A DNA stretch of 62,667 nt, filler included, from Basidiobolus ranarum (Eukaryota): the NCBI GenBank assembly GCA_040143965.1. It is 11 parts of 11 records of this genome, joined end to end, with 100 filler letters (N's around TTAATTAATTAA, not from the genome) between each part and the next. Parts side by side here need not be neighbours in the genome. Positions count along the whole stretch, not along the records: positions 1 to 5,624 come from JASJQH010008412.1; positions 5,725 to 11,345 come from JASJQH010008413.1; positions 11,446 to 17,063 come from JASJQH010008414.1; 8 more parts are not named here. One strand, written 5' to 3'. Below the pieces are notes generated by a model that saw only the letters and a program-made list of their open reading frames with translations, ran no database searches and was not told the DNA's origin. The number at the start of each line of letters is the position of its first letter. Position 1 is the first letter of the stretch. This document shows positions 1-11,536 of this stretch, piece after piece. The translations under genes were made by a program, and so were the position numbers.

Positions 1-384
1 CATGCAGCCAACACAGGGTATATTAACAGGATATTCGAACCAATAGATACAATTTAAACATCCTACCACGTTTGACCAACAAGTTACCTCTAAAGGTCAT
101 CTGGCGATATCTGTCCCAAAATGATCTTACATATAGAATATTCTATACTTGAAATGGACACCAAGGTGAGTAATATCTGGACAATTCTTATGGTTGACGT
201 GGTCTGAATTTGGCAAAGAACCTGATGATGCCCATATATATAGATTAGATCTCAGAGTTGTTTGATGTGGAGTCTGTTGTTAAATCTTGGAACTTTCTGG
301 TTCCCTGGTATTTCTCTCTTTAACCTTTGCATTTCTTCGAACGTTGTAGCTTTAAAAGGATTTTGTATCTTCTAGTCCAACTCA

Positions 385-3300
385 ATGAACCTTCCATTAT
401 TTAATCGTATTTCCCGATATCTTCGACTTATATTGCCGGTTATCCTACTATTATTAATCCTGTATTTTGTTCTGCTCTTTTACCCCATTCAACTATACGG
501 AGGGAATGTTTTAGATGATAGAATCCCTTATCGATTAGTTCCCTCGAGAAAACCCAATGTAAATGGTATGTGGGACTCTCAATCTCTCTCAAACGTACGA
601 TGGAAAGTAAATTAAGCTGACTGGATCTTTCTATTTAGATGGCAATCATGTGCGCTTGACTATTCATATGGTCCCTCATTCTCATTGTGATGCGGGTTGG
701 AACAAACCCCTTCCCAAGTATTACAACGATCAGGTACGATGGATCTTGCGAGGCGTTATTCGAAATCTTTATCATGATCCTACTCCCCCTCAATCAAAAA
801 ATAGAAGACGATTTGTATGGGCTGATATCGGTTACATGGCTCGTTGGCTTGAAGAAGAAGGGGACAACATGGAAGATGATACTGGTAACAATTCATATGA
901 AGGATAACCAGGGGCTCTTAATATTGTCTGCCTCCGATGGTTGAACTTGACTAAATCCTGAATATGCTACATAATTAGGTAGAATTGATTCGTCACGTAA
1001 GAAAGCAACATGGTGGGAGATGACCCGAACAGTTGTTCGTACGGGCCAACTTGAGTTTGTCTCTGGCAGTTGGGTAATGCATGATGAAGCAATGCCTACT
1101 GCTGAGGCGATGCTGATAAATATGGAAATGGGACTTGATTGGCTATGGCGAAGCTTTCAAGTACGTCCACGGATCGGATGGCAAATTGATCCATTTGGTA
1201 AGTTGATTCAGTTCTTGCGAGTTCATTTGTTACATCAATCCACTAGAGCTTGCGTCTGAGCTATGGTTTACTAATATTACTCCCTTCTCTAGGTCATGCG
1301 GATGTAACACCAACCTTATTTCGACAATTCGGTTTCGACACGATGGTAATGTCTCGTATACCAAATAGCCTTCATCAGGGCTTGGCTAGTAATCGGTAAA
1401 TACAAGATCATCAATATCGATCGAGCAATACTCTATTCACCATTGCTTCGTTTTCCCTTTGATTAGATCACTCCAGTTTCACTGGCACTCCTCTGATCCA
1501 CATCTTGCAGATCTTCCACCACTGCTTACTCACGTCTTGCATCGTCACTATGGCCTCCCAAACTCTCGCTTTGATTTTGACCGAGATGCAAATACATGTT
1601 CCTCACAAGCCGAGGTGGCACAACTTTACCAGTTACTACTTGATAACGCACTCGAGGGCGCTCTAGATTCTTATCCGTTAACTGGGCATGTGATGGTGCT
1701 GATGGGAGACGATTTTAGATATGTGTTTGCCGAGCGATGGTTTCCGTGCTTAGATAAAATTGTAGAGTACGCTCAAAGTAAGGAGACAGAAACGAATATC
1801 CGTGTAAAGTATTCGACTGCAAGTGATTATTTCAGTTCAGTGACGCCATTCTACACTGATATACATAGTGGAACTAGCAAAGAGAAACAAACCCTAGCAG
1901 AGGAGAAGAAATCTGACGTGAATAATCCAACCACAAGCCTAACTGGCGTTGACCGCTCTATATCTTCTAGTCATGAGACAAGACATCAACTCACGCATTA
2001 TTTTGGTGATTTCTTTCCATATGACGACGGTTGGATAGAGAATTGGTGGTCGGGCTATTACGCCACGCGTCCTGTCATCAAAGGGGCGATTCGTCAAGTG
2101 GAAAGAGGCATTCATCACGCTCAAAAGTTGATCGCTCTCACGAAGCTCAGTTTACTTCTTTCTCCTACATCTTCCCTCTCGCCTCCAGCAAAAAACCTTT
2201 CCGAGAGCGCGACTCTTGCTGATATCTCTTTACAACGTCAGCAACATCAACTAAAAACGATAGAAGACTACGAAGTAAAGCTATTGAACGAAGCAAAACG
2301 AGAGTTAAGCATTACACATCATCATGATGCCATTACTGGCACCTGTACTCAACCTACGTGCGATGACTATATAGTTCGTTTAAAACATGCCCAATCGTTA
2401 ACTCAGTCAATATCTGAATCGGTTCTCAATGCTTTATTCAACAACATGACCACTTTGCCAATCGAATCCGAATTGAAAATTCAGCCAGGATCGGAATCAA
2501 CGTTTGATGGATTTGGCGCTGAGTATCATGTTCAAGGAGGAAGTGAGCGAATAATTCAACTGAATGAAAAGGAATGCAATACGTCCTCCTGCAATGTTAC
2601 CGTCCTTATTTCCAACGCTGCTCTCGAATGGAGCGTTTTTGAACTGGCCAGTGTTGAGACTTGGACTTCGAATATTCGAGTCATAGATTTGAAAACGAAT
2701 CAGCCAGTTCACCCTATACAGATTAATCAAAACATTAAATTAGATGCAAAACCCCGAGATTCAGACAAGATGACCCAGGAAGCGGGAGATCGACCACCAT
2801 ATACAGTGATGTGGTTCACTCGAATATCAGCGTTTGGGCAAGCGCTGTATCGTTTAGAATCAGTCAAAAATGAAGACATCGATCGAGTGTTTTCCCCTGT
2901 TCCGGTTAATCTGAAAACCGATTCGGTTATTCTCGGCCCCTTAAGTCCTTCCGCAGACTCAGATATTCCATCTATTGAATTGACTCAGCCAGACGGATAT
3001 GCACTTCAATTCGACATCACCTCCCCATCACCGTCATCTGACGACGCTTCATCAAGCCAAGAACATAGAAAACAAACGTGGTCGTTCCTTCTAGAACTTC
3101 GACAATACTTGATCACAAGCTACCAACCTAGCGGCGCATATATCTTTCGATCATTCGTTCTACAGTTTGCTTGGGTCTGGTTGGTCACATTTATTGGTTT
3201 AGCCGGCGGAGTAGTTGTAGGATATGTTTGTTATAGATTTGTTATACCCTCACCTCGGCAAGCCCCTCTTGGTGCGATCTTTGGACGGTTTTTCTATCGT

Positions 3301-5045
3301 CTTTATTGTCGTATTGTCAGTAATAACAAGAGCAATGGTTCATTTGAACTACTCGAAACTAATGATGATTATGATATTGAACATGGTGTTGAAGAAAAGG
3401 CGATCCGTGATATACAACGAGTGCGGAAGATTTTTATTTGTTGTTGGAATTGGGTCATGGACTGGCCACTTCCCATTTTCCTAGGATGGGTGATTGGATC
3501 GTCGGTGGTGACCTTTACGGAGTTAAGATTAAGCGATGCTTTCATCATTGAGTTGGCAAATGGCGAGCGAAATCCAAGTACTCTGCTGGTAAGTTATGAG
3601 CTTCTAGAAAGCTGGTTATCTTCAGAGTCCTTTGAATTTTATTCCACTATAACCATGGCTCATAATAACATTTCAATTATTGTTAAATTCTTTAGGTGGT
3701 TATCTTTGTAATCGCTCTCTTAGTCGTTGTCACCCGTTGGCGTCCTGGCTCTCTTCTATTATTTCTATTGACCGCCTCTCTCGGTCTTATGCACCAACTT
3801 TGTTTCCAACCTACTGAACAAGCCAGACGATTTGCTCTTAGCGCTAACCCTCTCGTTGTGTATGATGATGTTGGAGACACAGTGGTCAATTCATTCTCAA
3901 CTTTGATTCAAGGGCCATTGTGCTCAACGTTTCTGTATCAACTATCTAGTCTAAATCGAATGGAAATCTCGTACTGTTACCCATCCCCTAACCATGGAGC
4001 ATCATCACTCAACCGAAAGGATATCGGAAACATGCTACGAGTTCAATATACCATTGCTTCAGACTCCGATCGAGAAATAGTTACTCGCTATACGCCTTTA
4101 CGAACGAGTGCTTCCGGTACATTCACTGGAACGAATACTTGTCGCTTTGAGACGTTAGAAGCCCCCAGCGGTCTTCCATTGATTCGTGAGTATTCTCATT
4201 GGAGAACAATTCCTGGAAACTACTATCCAATTGTCCATGGATTTCGCACGCTCAATGCATTCAATGAAGACCCTATTTCTTCTCACATTCAATCCAAAAG
4301 TGAGAATAAAGCCAGTGACAAAAGTAAGTCCTCGTTGAAATCCCGCGTACATGACATGAGTGTCTTTACTACTCAAGCAATGGGCGCTGCTTGTCTCCCT
4401 GCAACCGACACTGTAGAAGTCATGCTACATCGACGTTTGATGAGTGACGACCAAAGAGGATTGATGGATATTAACAACGACCGATCGACTGCTGTCATTG
4501 ATCATTTCATTCCATTGGCCTCCACTTTATCCCGGAAGCCGGATGAAGTTTATGAGTCTACTGATGATTGGATGCGAGAAAATGCTCAGATTAACGCACC
4601 TGTACAACTTTTCCAGATCACTGGGGCCCAAAATCAAACGATCCTAAATAACCTTTTCAATAATGCCAAATCACTTGAAACCATCAAGTCAACTATGCCA
4701 GATGATTCGATTCACATCTTGTCACTCCGACTGACTCGTTCCCCCTCGGATCCCACCTCAATAACGACCGACATTTCTCCGCAACGCATTCGACTACATG
4801 TTCGTTTGATCGGTATCCGTCCACAACCACTCTCCACGAGCGTTTCTCAAGTATGGGAACTCATTCTCAGTAATTCTTTCGTCCGTCACGATTCACATAA
4901 TGAAGTAAAGTGGAAGGCCTTTGAGGTGTTGGATTTATCCGGTGTAGAACGTGATGGCTCATACGAAGAGGAGCTGAGGGAGGTGGAAGTGTTAAGTATA
5001 TTACCGGGTCAAATAAGTATGGTACGATTTGAATGGACTATGTAA
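385..5045 (+). CDS. Glycoside hydrolase family 38 alpha-mannosidase, 6 exons (385-565, 639-884, 979-1197, 1293-1395, 1467-3588, 3696-5045), about 1406 aa, N-terminal signal anchor
   Basis: GT..AG introns splice in frame. GH38 motifs present: HSHCDAGW (Zn ligands), GQLEFVSGSWVMHDEA, WQIDPFGH (nucleophile, joined across intron 3), MGDDF, WSGYYATRP, HHDAITGT, SGAYIFR, GNYYP, EVMLHRR. Confidence 0.92.
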
Positions 5046-5624
5046 TACAATATTGTAGTCTAGCTGAATTATTTTGTGTAATAAGTGAAGAAAACTAGTG
5101 AGTAAATTATATATTGATATTATGAGTTGTACAGTGTTAAACTTTGTGTTGTATAATAATAATATATCTAGTTTAATACTAATGTTATACTTGGAAATTT
5201 AAGTAAACCAAATTAACCCCAAGATAGCTCATTTTGCTCCCACCGATGTTCTGAACACAACCCCATTGTTTGTTTTCCGTATTTCCACTGACAAGTGTAA
5301 AAGTTTTATTTCAAGGTCAATTAATAAACATCTCTCAAGTCAATCATGTTGAAATATTAGAGTAGACCTAACTATTCATACATCCTGTTTAGCATAGTTG
5401 ATATTTATTTAGTAAATATCTCATCCTTGGCATTATTTTTCTTCATTTCCAACGCAAGTATAAGTACTTATTTTCAATTCAGTAAAGCAACAAGTTCAAG
5501 TCACATATTTGTTCTGATTATCTTAAGTACTTCCAGTTCATCCCAAAGTAAATTCCGATTGAGAAAAATAGATAGTATCTTAGGGAATTATAAGATAACT
5601 AAGTACTAAGCTATATATGACTAT

Positions 5625-5724
5625 NNNNNNNNNNNNNNNNNNNNNNNNNNNNNNNNNNNNNNNNNNNNTTAATTAATTAANNNNNNNNNNNNNNNNNNNN
5701 NNNNNNNNNNNNNNNNNNNNNNNN
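5625..5724. other. Artificial contig spacer. The same spacer occurs at 11346-11445, 17064-17163, 22778-22877, 28487-28586, 34191-34290, 39893-39992, 45593-45692, 51290-51389 and 56985-57084
   Basis: Identical 44N-TTAATTAATTAA-44N blocks with stop codons in all frames. Intervening segments shrink steadily from 5624 to 5595 nt. Confidence 0.98.
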
Positions 5725-5744
5725 CAATGCAAGAATCATAAGAT

Positions 5745-6118
5745 TTGATCAAATATTGATGGAGCTACAACCATTTCAAAATTGCCAACACAAAAATCAA
5801 CACTAGCATATATTCAGAACACAAGAATTCAGGACTGCAAGATGCTCACAAAATTAGTACTTACTTTTAAACCAGCCAACATATTCTCTTCAAATTTTGC
5901 ACAGAGCTGGAACAGTACTTGATGCTGATGTGTTCAAAGTTTCAAAGCCATAGCTGCTATATTAGCTTATTGACACTTTGATGCTAAGCCACCCACTCAT
6001 AGCATTTATTCTCAGCCACCAATTCATAGCATTTATTCTAAGCTGTTTCTTTATATAAGCAACCCTTCCCCCTATTGAAAAAACTTCTAGCCTTAGCACC
6101 ATCCAAAACTGCACCAAA
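5745..6118 (-). repeat. Dispersed repeat carrying a decayed ORF; second copy at about 44085-44445
   Basis: Collinear similarity, e.g. gctacaaccatttcaaaattgcca vs gctataaccattttaaaattgcca, and gccttagcaccatccaaaactgcacca in both copies. Confidence 0.75.
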
Positions 6119-6649
6119 TTCCAAGAGCTTATTCTCATTGTGAAAGGTAACAAGAGTCAGTTATATGCCAAGTGTCAGTGCTACTCACAATTTCAGATGT
6201 TTAGCAATTTTTCCACCATTAGTGTGCTGGTAAAGCATATTAATGTTCTTGAGTAATGTCTAATAAGTAATTTGGCATTCCAAAATTAGATTTTTGCAAA
6301 AATTGCTAGATATTGTATAACCCATGCTAAATTTGAGGATCAGTATTTTAAAATATATAAATACCATCCAAATACTGTCAAGATACCACCATCAAACCAT
6401 CAAAATCCCTGCCAGAATGCAAGCCAGTAATATTGTGAAGGTTCTCTGATGATTTTGTTATATCAGAGGGTGGATCTGATCCCAATCAAATTGATTTTAT
6501 GTTTGTTAGAGTATTGTTAATCAGCTTAGGATACAGCAATACTTACAACTCCACACAGATCAAGATTTCACTGTAGGTGTACTCCATTGGGAACTCCCAG
6601 AATGTATACTCTGACTTAAATTTGATGTTTGTAATTGTAGCAAAATCAT

Positions 6650-8548
6650 CACAATTTTAATCCACTTAGGATTGACCACTTACTCATCATCATAAAATCT
6701 TCAAGTTAGATTTGATTTTAAACAATTTTTTCAGTTTCCAGAGTTAACTTTCAAGATGTCACAAAATATTTGCACATAATTGGCTACAATCTCTGAGAAC
6801 TATGGATCAACACATGTGCAAAAGATGTAACTCAATTTTTGCTCAAGTACCCCTTTCAATGCTAATTTGTCACCTTCAAAATCCCTAGTCTCTTTGATAT
6901 ATTCTCCTGAATATTTTTATAGAGTTCTTCATACACAAGTTTTGACTCATACTAAACATGAGTTTGTATCAATATCTCCATCAAAGCCCACCATTGTATT
7001 AATGTTGCTGAATTAACATTCTTCCAGCTATCTGGCAGAAACCCTGCAATATTGTGCCACTCTGTATTAAGTTCTTCCCAGATATCTGCATCGTTAACAA
7101 CAGACCAAATGTCAAGTTGAATGTTGCTCTTTTGAAGCCACTTTCTGCATACTTGCATGGCATTTTTCCCTTCATACTTTTGAAAATACTCCTTGTGTGT
7201 CTTTTTGCTTGCCCTTAAGTTTGGGATTATTTCAGCACTTTGAAATGTACCAGTTGAGTTTGGAGAGCAATGTGTTTTGTTTGCTGATTCTTTGGCTTGT
7301 TGAGAGGTGCCAGGTGTTGGATAAACTTCAAAATTTAGCACTTTTCCAACTGGTGTTTCTGGTTCCATGGTGATTTAAGCTTTTTTGCCAAAATATCTGA
7401 CTCTGGAAAGGCAGATCTTTGGAATAGTGTGAGGAATTAGGTAAGTGAGACAGTAGAGCCTAAACTCACTGGCTCCTTTGCTTTTCCATGGGTTTACAAA
7501 CTGCCTGCTCTTTGAGTACTTCTTTAGCTGCTTTGATTTCTTTTCCAAGTAGAGAATTGCATACATTTTTTAGATGTTTCATGAATAGGCCTATGGTAGC
7601 CCATTTGCTATTTGCTTGCAAAAACCAGAATAGGCAACATGAAATAAGTCAAGGACCTTCAGATTAATGCCTGGTTTTTGGTTTTTCCACAATTGGCTCC
7701 AATCCAGGTTTTTTTGGGCAAGATTCCACACAGTTTCCAAAATGTTAAACCACTCATCATTGGAGCAAGTGATGGCAGCTCTGACATTCAGAGTCTTTTG
7801 GTTTTCCAGTTTTCCTATGAGTTTTCTACTTTTGTGTGCCCAAGCAATTCTGGTTTGTTATGTAGGCTTAATGGTCCAACACATATTCTGCTCTGCTAGA
7901 TTGTCATGATGACATTCATATATATGGTGTGGGATTGATTGAAATCCCATATGAGAATGGACAGCAGTAGCAGCATATTGCTGTAGCTCAAGTATAGCAT
8001 TCTGAAGGTCTTGTATCATTGTCAAGTGACTTTTTAACTGTTGACTAGTTGCTTCCAAATGCTGCATTAATTGCAATATTGCAATATTATTGCTGGTCAT
8101 GACCGGCATAGCAGCTTTGTAGTTTTTACTTATGACTGCATTCAAATCATTGTGTTGTTCTGGCTGCAAGTCCCTTATACTAATTCTGTCCAAAATTTCT
8201 ACAGAGAGTTATTCAATAGTGGGCAAAGTAGCCATTTTGGAAGTTAATGGTCTTGACAGTGAGTTTAGCTGAACTTTGCTCAACTTTTGATTTACATTGT
8301 AATTGGGGGATTACAATCTCTTCACGTGCACTATTGCTGGAAAGGAAAACATCTGGTAAATTGATTAATGCGTCATCATTACTTGAGTTAGCTTCCAGCA
8401 TGTTAATGCCTTCCAAAGTGGATAGTGGATCACTAGACTGCTCATCAATTAAGTTCTCCGTTCTTGCTGGTTTTTTTCCTTTTGTGCCAGCAGGCTTTGG
8501 CTTAGAAGCTGATTTTGACTTAGATTTTGAACACTTTTTGAATGGCAT
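6650..8548 (-). pseudogene. Decayed accessory gene (ORF2) of the CACTA-like element
   Basis: Broken ORFs 8213-8548, 7858-8193, 7375-7566 and 6952-7368 (MPFKKCSKSKSK...WWALMEIL). Homologous pieces recur in contigs 4, 5 and 8 next to transposase sequence. Confidence 0.7.
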
Positions 8549-8759
8549 TTAAATTTTCAGTTGGTAAACTTGGTGTAATGAAATTGCTTAGAAACAGCTT
8601 GTTATAAACCAAAACTGCCATCCATTACCAGAAATATCTTGTAAATCCCCTGATGACTCATCCGTAACACCATCTCAGAATCAGCTGATGATATTGATGG
8701 GCTATACCTAAAATACCACCTTCACATAGGAGATGTTCTGTTTCTACAATAACCTTCTC

Positions 8760-11225
8760 ATGCTGCAACAGAAATGTTTAAAGCAGCCCTGCTGTCATTG
8801 TCACATATTCTTATGCTATGAAAGCCAGAGGCTTCCTAGAAAAGATAATCACAATCATGGTCACCATATAAAGCCACCAGCTGCACAAAGCCTGGTGCAT
8901 AATAACAGTATTAAGTGCACTAAATCAACTTTAGCTTTGCCCATTGAGTCCATGGACTGTACTTTTCCTCAAAGCTTTGGTAACTCTGCCAAAAGTAAAA
9001 ATACCATGGAGTTACCACAGTTATATAACCAGAATGAAGTAGATAGAAATGTGACTTTGGTCAAACCAGTAAGTGCAGACAGCTTTAGGGACTTGCTGCT
9101 AGATATTGACCTTGGTTATTCCAGTACTACTGGTAGGATTTTAGAAGTTGATAAAGAAGACAATGGTTTTGTTAAGGACTCTTTGTTTTTGGCAAACATT
9201 AGTCCACTCGTAACACTTACTGTAAAAGAAGAAGCATTGATTAGTGAGGAGTGGAGAATTCAATCCAATCTTAGCAACCAGGTGTTTATTGGCTTAGTTA
9301 CCTTTTATCATAGTTGATTGGCAACTGTTGCTTGCCACAGACCTGGTACCAGTAAAAAACACTTGTCAATTGTATGACTTGTAATCTTTCAGTAATTAAA
9401 CTACCTTCATGTCTAAATGGTTGTTTGGCTTTCACCAGTGATCTAAAAAACCTGAAGTCATGTACTGTATGCACCCAATTTGCAATCACTGAATCAGGTA
9501 AATATTGTTCATATTTGGCTTATGTACCATTAATTCCCCATCTTAAAGTTTTGATGAAATCACCTAAATCTAGATCATTGATCCAATACCAAAGTACTCA
9601 CCATAAAGCTGATGGTATTGCTGATTTACTTGATGGATATCACTACCAAAATCTGAAAAGTCAAGGTTTCTCTGAGAACACATATGATCATGCATTTGCA
9701 TTGGCTCTGGATGGTTTGTTACTAAACAAATATACCATTGGAAAGGCTTGCTAGCCAATAATTTTAGTCGACTTGAATATTCCTCCTTCTGAATGGTACA
9801 AGAGTCATAATATTTCAATACTATCCCTCCTATCAGGACCTAAATCACCAGTGCTTATAGATAGCTTCTTGGAGCCTTTGATTGCGGAACTTGAATGGAT
9901 ATCTAATGGCGTTCAGATGGGTGAATATTTTATTAGAGATAATACCATTTTATGTATTGGTTACACTCCTGCCGCCAGTAAACTTGGAGGGTTTTGCGGG
10001 CACAATGCACTATCTTGCTGTAGATTTTGTCAAATCAATGGAGTTAACTCTAACAGGCATATGCCTTACTACTATCCAAAACAACACTAAACTTCATGAC
10101 TTTACCATAAAGAGCCTGGTTAGATTTCAATATGGTCACTGATATCAATTCACCAAATAGTCAGTCTAACATCAAACTTGGTATTAGCCATAAGCCTAAG
10201 ATTATATTGCTAAAGGGGATGCGCTGAAGCCAGAGCTTCCCATTAGGCACTATGCACTTACTATTCAACAACATTCCAATACTGCTTACTCAGCTATATA
10301 GTGAAAACTACAGTATGAATGAGCCATTAAAGATAGGATCAAAGTTTTAATTGATTGGGAAAATGCTTGAAAATGTTAAGACACCATCATATTTTACCAG
10401 GACTCCCATTAATATCCACACATCTAGGTGTTTATTCAAATGCAAAGACTGGGAGTATTTGATTTGTATGTAGTCAAGTGCAACATTGAAAAGATTTCTG
10501 CCTGATGAGAATTTGCAACATTGGGAGTTTTTGTCAATATTGTTTATATATTCTTATTGCATCATATCACATTGGCAGATAGCAGGCAGATACAGCAAAT
10601 CTGCAAAATTTTGTAATTAGATATGAAAGACTTTATTGCAGGTATAAAGAAGATAGCCTGAATCTATGCCAGTATCCAACACATTTCCTGCTGCATCTTT
10701 CACAATGCTTAGAGATTATAGGCCCTTGCTATACATTCTGGGAGTTCCCAATGGAGTGCACCTGTGATGAAATGATGCTTCTTGTGAAATTGTCAGTATT
10801 GCCATATGCTAATCTGATTAACAATGTATTAGCAAAATCAGTAGTGGATGTGATGCAATGGGTTAAGGAGACTCCAGAGTATATTAACCTGCTAACAAAG
10901 GGCTCTTTTCAATGTGCTCATGAGTTTTTGCATTGTTTGAGCTCAATATCAGCAACAAAGCCCAATCCATGGACAGAGTAGGTTCCTCTATAATTTAGAC
11001 TAATTTGTTTGTGTAATAATCTGACAGTATTTTTAGGAAAGCTGCAAGACAGACTTCTTGGTGAGATGGATCAAGATATGCAGTATCATTGTTTTAGCCA
11101 TGGGGTAATCTATCCAAGCAATGACACATCTACTTGTGGCAGGACATTTGTTGACTGCAATTTGGGAATATATTGGCTAAATTCTTTGCAGAAAATTGCC
11201 AAAATTGAGGAGCTTATTCTCATGC
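8760..11225 (+). mobile_element. Decayed CACTA/EnSpm-like transposase (Transposase_21 plus DUF4218-like region)
   Basis: Motifs across shifted frames: CLNGCLAF..C..C, DLLDG.HY, ALALDG, NLNIPPSEW, GPKSP..IDSFLEPLI.EL, GFCGHNA..CRFC, HFLLHL..CLRDY...WEFPME. Many stops and frameshifts. Confidence 0.8.
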
Positions 11226-11445
11226 TCTCTGATGGTCTTGCTCTTTTCAAGGGTGGATCCAATCTTGATAAAATTAAATTTATTTTTGTTAGGGTCCAGA
11301 GCCAATGCAAATGATTGATCATATGTGTTATCAAAGAAACCTTGANNNNNNNNNNNNNNNNNNNNNNNNNNNNNNNNNNNNNNNNNNNNTTAATTAATTA
11401 ANNNNNNNNNNNNNNNNNNNNNNNNNNNNNNNNNNNNNNNNNNNN

Positions 11446-11536
11446 ACAATGCCTCAAGTTCTGGCGTAATTTCTTCCGCCATTTCCTGATGAGCATGCTC
11501 TTCGAGCTCCACTTTTTTGCTTTCTTCTATGGTCAT
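11446..11536 (-). CDS. 5' end of a gene running off the contig (MTIEESKKVELEEHAHQEMAEEITPELEAL...)
   Basis: ATG-initiated frame open to the contig edge; paralogous to 16973-17063. Confidence 0.6.
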
